Source: an uncultured Poribacteria bacterium | Lineage (GTDB): Bacteria > Poribacteria > WGA-4E > WGA-3G | DNA length: 64,000 nucleotides | Assembly (NCBI GenBank): GCA_958296135.2 | Contig: CATQHZ020000001.1 | Location: 96,001-160,000, forward strand | Reading direction: 5' to 3' | Shown: positions 63,972-64,000 of the stretch, in pieces | Position numbering within the stretch: position 1 is the first letter of the stretch | Layout of the letters: each line of letters starts with the position of its first letter | Notes under the pieces: generated by a model | The model's database searches: none | The model's input: the letters and a program-made list of their open reading frames with translations, nothing else | What the model was told of the DNA's origin: nothing | Position numbers and translations under genes: made by a program

Positions 63972-64000
63972 ATTAAAATTGGCAAAAATTGCAGAATTTT

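Overview
GC-rich bacterial chromosomal window. It is most likely from Candidatus Poribacteria; this is inferred from the C-terminal 'KLATTWG..K' and 'NYPNPFNPETWIPY' protein tails, GTAG-type palindromic repeats and divergent 16S primer sites. Core genes: rpoB-rpoC (rpoC runs off the left edge), a stand-alone EF-G paralogue, degP, purA, rplM-rpsI, hslVU, an ArsA/Get3-like ATPase and tRNA-Lys/Glu. The rRNA locus is split: 16S-tRNA-Ile and tRNA-Ala-23S-5S are separated by about 4 kb of protein genes and gene debris. The 23S half has its own array of six phased, near-consensus sigma70 promoters and a tRNA-like element in its leader. Downstream of 5S lie an orphan hicB and an AT-richer pectate lyase gene that is bracketed by two partial 5S copies. 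Accessory content includes two sulfatases, a 5'-nucleotidase, a 1,400-aa beta-propeller lipoprotein next to a probable beta-barrel, a cluster of secreted proteins with a triplicated coiled-coil gene, two FRG+TPR gene pairs split at the same point, and many nested REP-like repeat arrays. Both RNA polymerase subunits carry unusual inserts. All calls come from reading the sequence and the supplied ORFs; no database search was run.
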